The notes: a model not told the origin generated them from the sequence alone. A stretch of DNA of 64,000 bases from Candidatus Bathyarchaeota archaeon (GCA_963767735.1 CAVYES010000007.1:128001-192000), one strand, 5' to 3'; shown: positions 18,395-29,216, counted from the stretch's first letter. Program-made: numbers and translations.

Positions 18395-20083
18395 CTAATT
18401 TCGACGCACCGACAAGACCTGATTTCTTTCTAATATTCTGGAAAAATATGGCATGAAATCGGAGAGCAGTTTAAAATTAAGCGCCTCTATGTTGCTGTCA
18501 ATTTTAGGGTTGGTAATTCTTTTTCTCACATAGAACACGTCGGCTAACAGTACAACCACAACCATACCAGCTACAAATGCAATGGCAGCGATGACCATTT
18601 GAGAATTCATAGCGCTTGACGGAGTTGAACTAGGCAACACCGATGGAGTGGAAGTAACAATAGGAGTAGGAATTGAAGTGGCTACTGGAGTAGGACTTAA
18701 AGTAACAACAGGAGTAGGAGTCGAGGTAGCGACAGGAGTAGGAGTCGGAGTTGGAAAAACGACGGAAACTGGATCAGTTATATCTATAATCCTGTACACG
18801 TACCACCCGACTGGAAACGTCCAAGTCCTCACCACCTGCCCAGCAGGATTCACCTCCACAAACACCGCACCCGTGTCGTTAAAGTTCCAAGATAGATTTT
18901 GTCCGTTTTCTGAGTCTTGCTGCAATTGGTGTGTTGGGTCCCCGAAGTCACCGATAAAGTCTCCATTAGGAAGGAGCAGGGCTCCGCCGCCATATGAGGT
19001 CCAGTACTGTGTTGGGGCTTCCCAGCTCCAGTTTACGTAGGCTGTCATGCTTGTTTGGTTTAAAGTCACTTCCAAAATTTCGCTGTGGCAATTGTCTGGG
19101 TTAGTGTTGTTCTCGTAGTCGTTGTCAAACATGAGGAAGACATCTGGAGCGACCTCTTTGACATCGTGGCAGTGATACCATAAACTGGGCGGCACGTCAT
19201 TAGCGCCGACAAGCGGTTGACCATTAGCGCCAAGAAGAGTAAAGTTGCCAAATTCACCACAAGCCCAAATTATGTTCCCCGTCGTTTGGTTAATCGCATA
19301 GAAGGTGTTTGTGTTCCGCAGGTTTAGGTAAATAATGCTGTTGTTGTAGTCCCAGTCAAGGGTGTTTGCATGAGTTACGTCCATCACTGTTTGTCCATTA
19401 GGCAACGTATCTGTCTCGTTATAAGGGGAGATTTCGCTGAGCGGTATGTAGTTGTAGGTGTCCCAGCTCCAAAGGACATTGCCGCTCGGGTCAACTTGTG
19501 CAATTCTGTCGTATAGAATGGGGTTGTTTCCAACTTGCCGGACGTAGTCTTGAAGAGTTAGAAAAGTGTTATTGACTGGATCGTACTGAATATCATGTTC
19601 GCTGAGGACATTAGGAAAGGTTTCGATTGTGTTTGAGGTTAAATTCAAGAAATTGGTGACCCAGGTTGGCCAGGCAGAGTCAGGGGTACCTACTTGTGGC
19701 TCGCCTTCGAACATTAAAGTGTCAGGTGCAATGTTGTACGCAGGCCCATAACTACTGGCAGACTCACGCACACTAAGCAGGGTGCCATTGGTGTTCATAA
19801 CCACAAAATAATTGCCTGTTCCCCCAACGCCCATAAAACCAGCACCTAATTCCAAGTCAAAAGCTATGTCGCCACTCCACGCGCTTCCGGTTGTGTTGAT
19901 TTTGCAGGGTAAAGTAAAGTTGCTGGTGGGTTGAGAGTGGGTGATTGGCAAAAAGATGGAAAGTACAAGACATAATGCAGTAGCAATTACTACTGTAAAA
20001 ATGATTTTCCGGTTTCTTGTAAAATGAAACATGCTGCCCGTTTGAAGTTCTTTGTGAGCATATAAAGCTCTTTCTAAAATCAA
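18395..20083 (-). CDS. Membrane-anchored arylsulfotransferase-like beta-propeller protein, paralog 1
   Basis: THAN, HD, MFDN motifs; signal peptide, PT linker, C-terminal TM; start probably near 20030. Confidence 0.75.
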   Translation of the reverse strand: MILERALYAHKELQTGSMFHFTRNRKIIFTVVIATALCLVLSIFLPITHSQPTSNFTLPCKINTTGSAWSGDIAFDLELGAGFMGVGGTGNYFVVMNTNGTLLSVRESASSYGPAYNIAPDTLMFEGEPQVGTPDSAWPTWVTNFLNLTSNTIETFPNVLSEHDIQYDPVNNTFLTLQDYVRQVGNNPILYDRIAQVDPSGNVLWSWDTYNYIPLSEISPYNETDTLPNGQTVMDVTHANTLDWDYNNSIIYLNLRNTNTFYAINQTTGNIIWACGEFGNFTLLGANGQPLVGANDVPPSLWYHCHDVKEVAPDVFLMFDNDYENNTNPDNCHSEILEVTLNQTSMTAYVNWSWEAPTQYWTSYGGGALLLPNGDFIGDFGDPTHQLQQDSENGQNLSWNFNDTGAVFVEVNPAGQVVRTWTFPVGWYVYRIIDITDPVSVVFPTPTPTPVATSTPTPVVTLSPTPVATSIPTPIVTSTPSVLPSSTPSSAMNSQMVIAAIAFVAGMVVVVLLADVFYVRKRITNPKIDSNIEALNFKLLSDFMPYFSRILERNQVLSVRRN

Positions 20084-20121
20084 GGAAATAAAGTTAGAAT
20101 CTTGAGAGAAGCAGTTTAAAA

Positions 20122-21666
20122 TTAACCGTTCCCTATGGTGCCTTCAATTTTAGGGTTGTTAATTCTTTTTCTCATGTAAAACATGGCAGCTAACACAACA
20201 ACCACCACGACAACTACTATAAGTGCAATGCTGACGATGATTGTTTGAGAATTCATAGCGCTTGGCGGAGTGGCACTTGGCAACACCGACGGAGTGGAAG
20301 TAACAATAGGACTGGGGGTTAAAGTAGCTGCAGGAGCAGGAGTTGGGGTGGCAATAGGAGGAGTTGAAGTGGCAACAGGACTAGGAGTAGGGGTCGGTGT
20401 TGGGAAAATAACGGAAGTTGGATCGGTTATGTCTTCAATTCTGTACACGTACCACCCGACTGGAAACGTCCAAGTCCTCACCACCTGCCCAGCAGGATTC
20501 ACCTCCACAAACACCGCACCCGTGTTAGTAAAGTTCCAAGATAGGTTTTGTCCGTTTTCTGAGTTTTGCGGCAATTGATGCGTCGGATCACCAAAGTCAC
20601 CCATAAAATCCCCGTTCGGAAGGAGCAGTGTTGCACCTCCATAGGAATTCCAATATTGAATTGGGGCTACCCAACTCCAGCTCACGTAAGCTGTCATGCT
20701 TGTTTGGTTTAGAGTCACTTCCAACATTTCGCTGTGGCAATTAATAGGGTTACTGTTATTGTCATAATCGTTGTCAAACATGGTGAAGACATCAGGAGTC
20801 ACTTCTTTGACATCGTGGCTGCCATACCATAAACTGGGCGGCAGAAGAGTACCATTAGGACCATTAACACTGGGAAGCGGCTGACCGTTAGCGCCCAGAA
20901 GGGTAAAGTTGCCGAATTCCCCGCATGCCCAAATTATGTTCCCCGTCGTTTGGTTGATCGCGTAGAAAGTGTTTTTGTTCCGTAAATTTAGGTAAATGAT
21001 GCTGTTGTTGTAGTCCCAGTCAATGCTGTTTGCATGAGTGAAATCCTCCACGGTTTGTCCGTTTGGCAATGTGTTTGTTTGGTTATACGGGGAGGCTTCG
21101 CTTAACGGTATATAATTATATGTATCCCAACTCCAAAGGACATTGCCGCTTGCATCGACTTGTACAATCTTGTCCATGAGAATCTGGTTGTTTCCAACTT
21201 GCCTGACATAATCTTGCAAAGTCAGAAAAGTATTGTTAACCGGATCATACTGAAGATCATGCTCACTAAGAACGTCAGAAAATGGTTCGATTGTATTTGA
21301 GGTTAAATTCCAGAAATTCGTAGCCCAGATTGGCCAGGCAGTGTCAGAGCTACCAACTTGCGGTTCACCTTCAAACATTAAGGTGTCAGGTGCGATGTTG
21401 TACGCAGGCCCATAGCTACCAGAAGACTCACGCACACTAAGCATAGTACCATCGGTATTGATAACAACCAAAGCATTGACTGTTGTATTTGACAGGTCAA
21501 ACGCTACGTCGCCATTCCATGCGTTTCCGATTGTGTTGATTGTGCATGGTAAGGTGAAATTGTTAGTTTGAGAAAGGATCATTGGCAGAAAACTTGAAAG
21601 CACAAGAACCAATGCAGTCGCCATCACTACAATGAAAATCCTTTTTTTGCTCATTCCAAAGCGCAA
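20122..21666 (-). CDS. Membrane-anchored arylsulfotransferase-like protein, paralog 2
   Basis: DFTHANSIDW, SHDV, MFDN; long near-identical DNA stretches with paralog 1. Confidence 0.75.
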   Translation of the reverse strand: MRFGMSKKRIFIVVMATALVLVLSSFLPMILSQTNNFTLPCTINTIGNAWNGDVAFDLSNTTVNALVVINTDGTMLSVRESSGSYGPAYNIAPDTLMFEGEPQVGSSDTAWPIWATNFWNLTSNTIEPFSDVLSEHDLQYDPVNNTFLTLQDYVRQVGNNQILMDKIVQVDASGNVLWSWDTYNYIPLSEASPYNQTNTLPNGQTVEDFTHANSIDWDYNNSIIYLNLRNKNTFYAINQTTGNIIWACGEFGNFTLLGANGQPLPSVNGPNGTLLPPSLWYGSHDVKEVTPDVFTMFDNDYDNNSNPINCHSEMLEVTLNQTSMTAYVSWSWVAPIQYWNSYGGATLLLPNGDFMGDFGDPTHQLPQNSENGQNLSWNFTNTGAVFVEVNPAGQVVRTWTFPVGWYVYRIEDITDPTSVIFPTPTPTPSPVATSTPPIATPTPAPAATLTPSPIVTSTPSVLPSATPPSAMNSQTIIVSIALIVVVVVVVVLAAMFYMRKRINNPKIEGTIGNG

Positions 21667-21875
21667 AATATTTTTCTCCCTTCAAATGAGTTATTTCTTA
21701 GAGGTTCTATTTCATTATTAAAAGACCGCGGATCGCTATTTCACCATTAAAAGGTTAAATAGAAATCGAAATTTAAGTCTTTACCCAATTTCAGAAGCTA
21801 ATTAGCAGATAAATTCATAAAGATTTTTAGGTTATTACTATTAGCGAAGGGAATTAAGATTTTGGGGTGAATGAA

Positions 21876-22010
21876 GTGTTAAAATGTAATAATTGTGGAA
21901 TGGAGATTTCAGAAGAAGAATATTTTCTTAACGAAGGCCTATGTGAAAAATGTTATAATGAGAATTTAGAAAACGACAACAAATTTAGAACTGTGGATGC
22001 CCAAACATAG
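21876..22010 (+). CDS. 44-aa zinc-finger microprotein (not in ORF track)
   Basis: GTG after GGGGTGA SD; MLKCNNCGMEISEEEYFLNEGLCEKCYNENLENDNKFRTVDAQT. Confidence 0.6.
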   Translation: MLKCNNCGMEISEEEYFLNEGLCEKCYNENLENDNKFRTVDAQT

Positions 22011-22298
22011 CAAAATGCTCTAGGATGGCATCATGTTTTCACAAAGCAGGATGAAGGAAGTATCTCGTTTAAATTGCTATATTAAAGGAACCGAGAAGGG
22101 GAAGAAGTTCTGCGGTCTTATGGAAGATAAAATTATGCGTTAATTTTATATAGTAAATAACTCCTTAAACCTAAGACATGTATTCAATACAATATTGGCG
22201 TAGTCGCTTTGTTGTAGATCGTTTTTCCATGACGAGCGGCGGTTATTTCCCAATAACCTTGTCATTGATGCTTATCGAGAAAATGGGGGGCAAAGAAG

Positions 22299-23763
22299 TT
22301 GAGTAGTTTGCCTCCTAAAGTGACTGACGAGGAAACGAAGAATGCCGAGATAATCGCTCGACAAGACAGGATTCCAATATGGGCTTTGTCTTACCTATTC
22401 ATTGGAATACTGGGAATCGGGTACATCTTTATCTTTTTTGACATATTCAACATTAACGTCTCATTTATCCAGACCGCATTAACTTTGAATTGGGCAACAT
22501 CACCCACTTCATCAACGATAACGAGTCTGGAAGGATTCGTCGTTCTTCTGAACCTCATCGGATACGTTATAGGCGCATTAATTCTCAGCCCACTCTCAGA
22601 CAGGTTCGGAAGAAGAGACATGCTTATAGTAACGCTTTTGATAACTGGATTAGGCTCAATTTTCAATGCACTCGTCACTACTTATCCTCAATTTGCCCTT
22701 GCAAGGTTCATAACGGGATTAGGAGTCGGTGCTGATCTTGCAATCGTTAACTCTTACCTTAATGAAGTTGCTCCGAAAAACGGAAGAGCCAGATACACAT
22801 CATTTCTGTTCGTTCTTGCAGGAATCGGAACAGTACTTGCCGTTTGGCTTGGTCTCATATTAACCACCCCTGCGGCAGCGTTTCCATATGGTCTTTCATT
22901 CGCGGTCGGGGGAGCCGGTTGGTTTGCTACAAACGGTTGGCGACTGATGTATGGCATCGGCGGATTTTTAGCTTTATTCGGCGTTTTGCTTAGATTTGGA
23001 CTGCCCGAATCTACCAGGTGGCTCATAACTCACGGGCGACCCAAAGAGGCAGAGAGAATTGTATCGGAAATGGAAGCACGTGCACTGGATCACATGGAGG
23101 AACTTCCACCAGTACGAGGCAGCTATTCCCATAATTCAGAAGGTTAAGCCGGCTCCTTACTCTGAAATCTTAAAGAACAAGCTATACAGAAACAGAACCA
23201 TTCTTCTCTTTTCAGTTTGGTTCTTTGGATACATGACGGTATACATTAACGCCGCAGGACTTTCATCACTTCTCGCTGGAGTAGGCTATGCTTTCCCCGA
23301 AAACGGCATGGTTGTTGCTTTAGGCATCTTTGGGTTCTTAGTAGCAGGTGTAATGGCTGCTTTTATAGGAGACAAATTGGAGCGAAAACTTTGGTTGCCA
23401 ATTGCAGCCGTCTTCACCTTCATCGGAGGGGTATTTGTTGCCTTTGGAGTTAATCATTTTGACATTGCTGTTACTGGCGCATTCTTAATCTTCTTCGGAA
23501 TGGACTTTTGGATTCCAATAGCCTACACATGGGTCACAGAAAGCTTTCCGACGCGTGCAAGAGCAACTGGCTTTGCAATGGCAGACGGACTAGGTCACTT
23601 AGGAGGAGGAATCGGCTTGATAATTGTCGGCGCATTAATAGCTTCGGGTCTACCAATACTTACTCTGTTCGTCATAATTGCAATGTTCCAGATAATTTCC
23701 GCTATCATCGCACAGTTTGGGCCAAAGACAGCAAACAAGAGACTAGACGAAGTATCACCCTAA
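22299..23763 (+). CDS. MFS sugar/aromatic-acid transporter, split by a frameshift near 23110
   Basis: LSDRFGRR, EVAPKNGRA, LPESTRWL in ORF1; ESFPTRARATG in ORF2. Confidence 0.85.
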
Positions 23764-23968
23764 AATCCAACACTCAGCTCCAAAGGTGAGGATTCCGCTT
23801 TTTTTAGCACCTCTTTCCTTTTTCTTGGTTGAAGGTTCAAAACAAAGTTTTGGGTCAAATTCACTAGCGAAAAAAGGCATTAAAATTAGGATGTAGGCTA
23901 CATACTGGTGCGTTCAATAGCAAAAAGATGAGGAATAGCCCCTCTTAGCTGATTTTTTGGTTTCCAAA

Positions 23969-24400
23969 TCAAGCTTTTGATTGCTCGCTAAAGTACTTTT
24001 TAAGCGGATTCCAGTACCACTCCATCCAGCCGTCAGCAGCGTCATCTGCTTGTTCTTCTGGAACGTTCGAGTGAACCATAACAAGTTCTGTTCCTGCGGG
24101 GATTGCGTTGAAACATAACTCTAATCTTGAAGGGTCGGCACCTTTTGGAAAATCGGTCGAAGTCCACTCTTGAACTACGCGTTTTCCGTCGTCAAGCTCA
24201 AGGTATTTACCGAAAATGTAACCGTCCCAAGCCGTGAATTTGCCGCCGACCACTGCCTTGCCAGTAGCCTTGGAACCTGTGAATTTACCTTGTTTTTTTG
24301 GGTCAACATAAGCATCGTAAACTTCTTTGGGAGAGGCTGGAATAACCACTTTTTGCTTTATAGTTCTAACTTTTGCTTTCATAAAAAACGTCTCTGCCAA
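23969..24400 (-). CDS. SRPBCC/AHSA1-domain protein
   Basis: ASPKEVYDA, GGKFTAWDGYI, GW..WYW. Confidence 0.85.
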   Translation of the reverse strand: MAETFFMKAKVRTIKQKVVIPASPKEVYDAYVDPKKQGKFTGSKATGKAVVGGKFTAWDGYIFGKYLELDDGKRVVQEWTSTDFPKGADPSRLELCFNAIPAGTELVMVHSNVPEEQADDAADGWMEWYWNPLKKYFSEQSKA

Positions 24401-24524
24401 ACTAGAAGCTTGAAGAGCTTTTTAACTATAACGCCACATGATCAACTGAGGCAAGTTGCACACCTATTTTTTGACGTATTTTGATTAGCTAAAAAATAGA
24501 CTTTCTATATTTTGTGACTGCTAC

Positions 24525-25574
24525 TTAAGAAGCGTTTAAAGTGCTGATTATTTCCCTGTATGCCTTCATGGCTTCTTTTTCGCTTGCAACATTTTTGATT
24601 AGCATTCGTCCACCGTTAAACAAGCTAACCTCATAACCTTTATAATTAAACATAAGGGCCAAACGTGACTTTAAACTAACATTAAACCGCTTGTTCACCA
24701 CTGGGTAAATCTCCTCAAGGTTCAGCTTTAATGGTTTTTCCGGGTTAATGTTAGCTGTGTCTCTTCCGCAAAGCCAAACCAGCCGTTCACCGCCAGCAAC
24801 CGAAGCTAAATCGCCGTGGCAGACTGAGCAACGGGTGCTTTTTGAAATGTCAATGCTGGTGAAATCCATGTCGCTGAAGTCGCAGACAAGCAGTTTGCCC
24901 TTCAAAGTTGAGCCGATTCCAGCTAAGAGTTTTATTGTTTCCATGGCTTGCAAAGCGCCAATTATTCCAGTTGTCGCCCCAAGGACTCCACGGGTGCTAC
25001 AGGTTAGTAAATCCGTATCGGAAAGGTTAGGCATCAAACATTCCAAGCAGCCAGTTTCGGGCGGAGCAAACACGGAGAGATTGCCCTCGATGCCGATGGC
25101 TGCGCCGAAAACGTATGGAATCTTGAATTTTACGCAGGCACGATTAACAAGATAACGAGTCACCATGTTATCCAAACCGTCAACGACACAGTCGACTCCA
25201 GCTAAAAGTCGTTCAACATTGCTTGCATTCACATTCTCGGGGAATGCTTCGACAGTTAAGAGCGGGTTGATTTTTTCTAGTTTTTTTGCGGCGACCTCGG
25301 TTTTGGGATAATTCAAGTCGTCAACGTTGTATAGGATTTGCCTGTGCAGGTTATGGGTTTCCACGGTATCTTGGTCAATTAAGCGCAGGTAGCCGACGCC
25401 GGCTAAAGCAAGATAAAGTGAAGAAACCGTTCCTAAGCCTCCGGCACCGACAATTGCAACTTTAGATTTAGCCAGTTGCTGCTGCCCTCTTTCTCCGAGT
25501 TCTTTAAGTATTGTTTGACGACTGTAGAATTCTTTAGCGAACGCTCTCTTTTCTGCGTCATCCACCTTAATCAT
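24525..25574 (-). CDS. MoeB/ThiF-family adenylyltransferase (E1-like)
   Basis: YSRQ, GAGGLG, NLHRQIL, CLEC and CSVC zinc motifs. Confidence 0.9.
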   Translation of the reverse strand: MIKVDDAEKRAFAKEFYSRQTILKELGERGQQQLAKSKVAIVGAGGLGTVSSLYLALAGVGYLRLIDQDTVETHNLHRQILYNVDDLNYPKTEVAAKKLEKINPLLTVEAFPENVNASNVERLLAGVDCVVDGLDNMVTRYLVNRACVKFKIPYVFGAAIGIEGNLSVFAPPETGCLECLMPNLSDTDLLTCSTRGVLGATTGIIGALQAMETIKLLAGIGSTLKGKLLVCDFSDMDFTSIDISKSTRCSVCHGDLASVAGGERLVWLCGRDTANINPEKPLKLNLEEIYPVVNKRFNVSLKSRLALMFNYKGYEVSLFNGGRMLIKNVASEKEAMKAYREIISTLNAS

Positions 25575-26022
25575 TCTCCAAGTGTGAGTGGTTATTCTAG
25601 CTTATATTTTGCCTCTTATTCCAAAAAGAAATAAAGTAAATGAGGTGACTATTGTGTTTTGTGAAATGAAATTTTATGTTTTGTTCAGTTTTTTGTCTTG
25701 TTGTTGTTACTTGTTAATGGGAGTGAAATGAGGTGTTGCTTGGGTAAATGTTTATAGGCTAAGCTACTACCAAAGATAGTAGCCAGAGAAAGAGAACCCG
25801 AAAGAAAACATCTACTGAGCAAACAAAGCAACGACCGCCTCCACGACAACGGATCTAACCAAACCGATAAATTCATTCTCCTTTCAATCTGTTTGTGACC
25901 CGTTAACCCCTTTTCCCGTGGAGGCGGCGAAGCTCCCCTTGCTTCGAAAAGAAGCGGGTTTCTTAAAGAAAGTTGGCCTCAGAATCTTTGTTCTCTAAGA
26001 ATTTTAACGTAGAAAGCGACCA

Positions 26023-26105
26023 TTTCATGTTGAAAGTGCGGGACGTTGGGTCTGTGCACACCTATGTTGAATCATGTTTGGCGTCTATTGAATCATCTAG
26101 CAGAC
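26023..26105 (+). repeat. Dispersed intergenic repeat, copy A (inverted relative to copy B)
   Basis: 26023-26087 is the exact reverse complement of 40996-41060. Confidence 0.92.
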
Positions 26106-26276
26106 CTGATGGTAGGCTGTAGCGCACAAAAACGATGCCTCCTATAGGAGACCTAATTTTTGTGACAAAATCCAGCCACAAAAACATTGCGTGACCGACC
26201 CCCCCCCCTCCCCACTATTTACAACCAACGCACTAGAGGAAAAAGCAAACAAATAGAAAATAGATATTTAACGAGG

Positions 26277-27971
26277 CTATATTTCTGGTGACTTGCCTTT
26301 TAAGAGGAACTGCTTTTCATATATTTCTCTGACTTTTTCAATGGTGTTGGCTTCCTGCGGGGTTTTGTCGTCCCTTATCCGGCTGATTCTTGCAAACCGC
26401 AACGCCATCTGGCTCTTGTACTTGGGGCTCCTCTGAATCTCATTATAAGCTACTTCAACCACGATTTTGGGAATAACTATAACGCGATGCCCTTCCTGCT
26501 CAACCATTGATTGTTTTAACTGCTTGGTCATCTCTATGATTTCGGCATCAGTTAAGCCTTTGAAAGTTTTACCCACATTAAGAAATTCTCCAGTCTTGGG
26601 TTCTCTTGCTCCAAGATAGTAATCGGAAAGCCAACCTTTCCGTCTTCCATAACCGTACTCAGCGGCGGTGATAACGAGGTCTAAGGGTTCGAGGACTGTT
26701 TTGATTTTCAGCCACTTTTTTCCTCTGCGCCCAGGAGTATATGGACTCTCGAGTTTTTTTGCCATTAACCCTTCGTGCCCAGCGGCTAAGGCTTCTTTGA
26801 GAAAACCGTCCGCTTCCTCAATTTTGTCAGTGACGATTTGTTTGGACAAAGGTATTTCGCCAGCGTTCTGTGCCAAAATTTGCCTGCGCTGGAGGTAAGG
26901 ATGAGCGATTAAGCTTTCACCATTAACGTAGAGAACATCAAACAGGTACAGGGTTAAGGGAATTCTCTGAGCCATGCTGGCGACGCCGCGGGTTCGTTTG
27001 AAGCGCCGCATCAAATGTTGAAAGGCAATCGGATAACCCGCATTATCTAGCGCGACCACTTCGCCTTCAACGATAGCTGACTGCGCTTTAATGTTCCGTT
27101 TTACTGCTTCAACAATCTCAGGCAAACTTTCTGTCACGTTTGTTAGTCTTCTGCTGAAAATCTCTACAGTACCGTTTTGCTTGTGAATTTGGACCCTGGC
27201 GCCATCGTACTTGTATTCAAAAGCGGTTTTGCACCTTTGCTCTGTTAATGCTTCGTATACTGTTTGAGCCGTCTGGGCGAGCATAAGTTTTACTGGTCTA
27301 AAAACACTGAAACCTGCTTTCTCCAAACCTTCCACGCCGTATGTTTTCATTGTTGATGATACTTCACCTATGTCGCCAAGAACCATGCTTGCGTGCTGAA
27401 CCTTCTGGACGGGAACGTTGAAAGATCTTGCAACTGCTTGCTCCATTAAGCCTTCCTGTAGTCCCGTGCGCATTTCGCCCGTGAAGATTTTGACCAGGTA
27501 TTTGGCCTCAACCGGAGTTGTTTGGCTTAGCAGAGTAGATATCAAGCGTTCTTTTTTGGTTCGGGAACGTGCACCTGAAGTTTGGGCGATGGCTTCGAGT
27601 GCTCGCCTGACCTCGGTTATCGTTAGTGACCTCTCGGTTAGCTGTGTTTGCTTTTTTGCTTTGGCTTGCTCAAGAACCATTTTAGTGGCTGAGCCGATGT
27701 CGCCTGTGCTTGCCATGGCTTGGCGGAACATGCCCCAGTCAAATTGGCTTACTCGCTCTAAAACGCGGGTTAGGGTTGACCAGCTTACATCAAGCGATTT
27801 TTGGCTATATTTTGGGAATGCTCTGCCAACCATCATGTTTGTGGCGGGTTCAATCTCTTCGGGGCTAAGTGTTTTCAGGTAGTTTGCAGTTAAATCTATG
27901 ATTTCGAGCCGTTTCTTAGTAGCTTCTACTCTTTCAAGCAGTTCAGAGAGGGATTTGAAAGATACAGACAT
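26277..27971 (-). CDS. lig: ATP-dependent DNA ligase
   Basis: EYKYDGARVQIH motif I, EGLMAK, WLKIK, LRFAR..RIRDDK. Confidence 0.96.
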   Translation of the reverse strand: MSVSFKSLSELLERVEATKKRLEIIDLTANYLKTLSPEEIEPATNMMVGRAFPKYSQKSLDVSWSTLTRVLERVSQFDWGMFRQAMASTGDIGSATKMVLEQAKAKKQTQLTERSLTITEVRRALEAIAQTSGARSRTKKERLISTLLSQTTPVEAKYLVKIFTGEMRTGLQEGLMEQAVARSFNVPVQKVQHASMVLGDIGEVSSTMKTYGVEGLEKAGFSVFRPVKLMLAQTAQTVYEALTEQRCKTAFEYKYDGARVQIHKQNGTVEIFSRRLTNVTESLPEIVEAVKRNIKAQSAIVEGEVVALDNAGYPIAFQHLMRRFKRTRGVASMAQRIPLTLYLFDVLYVNGESLIAHPYLQRRQILAQNAGEIPLSKQIVTDKIEEADGFLKEALAAGHEGLMAKKLESPYTPGRRGKKWLKIKTVLEPLDLVITAAEYGYGRRKGWLSDYYLGAREPKTGEFLNVGKTFKGLTDAEIIEMTKQLKQSMVEQEGHRVIVIPKIVVEVAYNEIQRSPKYKSQMALRFARISRIRDDKTPQEANTIEKVREIYEKQFLLKGKSPEI

Positions 27972-28157
27972 AAGAATAACCTAAACTTCACAATCCAAAG
28001 AAGACTCTCCCAACTTATTTTATTTGCTTATTTTTAAGCTTGCCCTGACGATTTCCGTTGAATAGAGTTGTTCTGTTTTGTGTTTTTAGTTAAAGGTAGG
28101 CGGCTGATAAGTATTAACCATGCTTTTTGCGCTAAACCGAAAAACAAATAACTAAAT

Positions 28158-28784
28158 GTGAATGCAACAAGCTTAATGGGAAAATCCACAAAAACGGGGC
28201 GCTTAAGAGAAAAAATGCTTGCTGAAATAAAACAGTCTAAGCAGACAACATTTGACACTATACCCACTGTAAATGAGAAACCCTCCCCCAAGGTCGAAGC
28301 ATACAGCAACAAGCAGATAACGATAATTGGGGTCAGCACTCAAGCAAGGGAAGACGACTTGGAGCTTAAAGTTGGATTCAAGTTAGTCCCCTCAAGAGCT
28401 TCCTTTTCAAAGATAATTGCCGAACTATATTTTGATGGACAAAAACTTTACTGCAAAACCGTCCGAATCCCCCAAGGTTCTCTTTCAGCCGATGAGTTAG
28501 AATTGCCTGATGCTCTGGATATGAGGGGAATAAGCGCTGGAAAACACCTTATCCAAGTTGAAATGTACGAGCTGTGGAATTCTGAGGAAAAACTCAATTG
28601 CGCTTCGAAAGAAGTAACGATCGATTATGTCCCTGTGCGCAGGCAAGATAGGTTCATAAAAATTCCAATTGTGAAAAACCATTCAGGCGAGATTGATGTT
28701 GTTTTGGAATCGGAGAGAAACGTTTGGAGCGAAATTGAAGAAGACCATAGAAAAGAGCTCGTGGGCAAACGCGATGAATGGTGA
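28158..28784 (+). CDS. Hypothetical protein
   Basis: 208-aa ORF, beta-rich. Confidence 0.65.
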   Translation: MNATSLMGKSTKTGRLREKMLAEIKQSKQTTFDTIPTVNEKPSPKVEAYSNKQITIIGVSTQAREDDLELKVGFKLVPSRASFSKIIAELYFDGQKLYCKTVRIPQGSLSADELELPDALDMRGISAGKHLIQVEMYELWNSEEKLNCASKEVTIDYVPVRRQDRFIKIPIVKNHSGEIDVVLESERNVWSEIEEDHRKELVGKRDEW

Positions 28785-28925
28785 AATTGCGTGACTACAC
28801 CGTCTATCCTCCGCATGGCAAAATATAATATAAGCTTTGCCCGAAGAGCCTTAGAGTTCGCCTAGGAGAGAAGCAAGATAAAGCCGCTAAACCAAAAAAC
28901 CAAAGATCGCTTAGTTATCCTCGGA

Positions 28926-29147
28926 TTGTTAGCTTTAGAAACGGGCTTAATTTACAATGTGGTGATTAATTTTTACAATTACGTTGTTAAAGGGATGTGG
29001 TACTTTTTGGTTCTTGCCATTCTTGCGTCTGTCGGAACAGCAGTTTTGTTTGTGTATTTACTTGTGATTCTTTTTTCTTATTTGGCTAAGAGAGAAGTCT
29101 TAAGGAGCTTTCAAAAAAAACCCAAAAAACCCTTATCACAGCGTTAG
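28926..29147 (+). CDS. Small membrane protein
   Basis: Hydrophobic segments, basic tail. Confidence 0.45.
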   Translation: MLALETGLIYNVVINFYNYVVKGMWYFLVLAILASVGTAVLFVYLLVILFSYLAKREVLRSFQKKPKKPLSQR

Positions 29148-29216
29148 AAAGATTAGGCGGAGCGTTGACAGGAGAAAACAAAAGAGAAAAAAATCTGATT
29201 TTGCGACCCTAAACAA

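Noticed and set aside
18395-18480. C-terminal extension unique to arylsulfotransferase paralog 1
   Set aside because: Alignment with paralog 2 shows a 1-nt deletion that skips the shared TAA; probably an indel error or trivial mutation.
18648-20578. GV-repeat ORFs on + (18648-19040, 20270-20578; also 10723-10962)
   Set aside because: They are antisense readings of Pro/Thr linkers.
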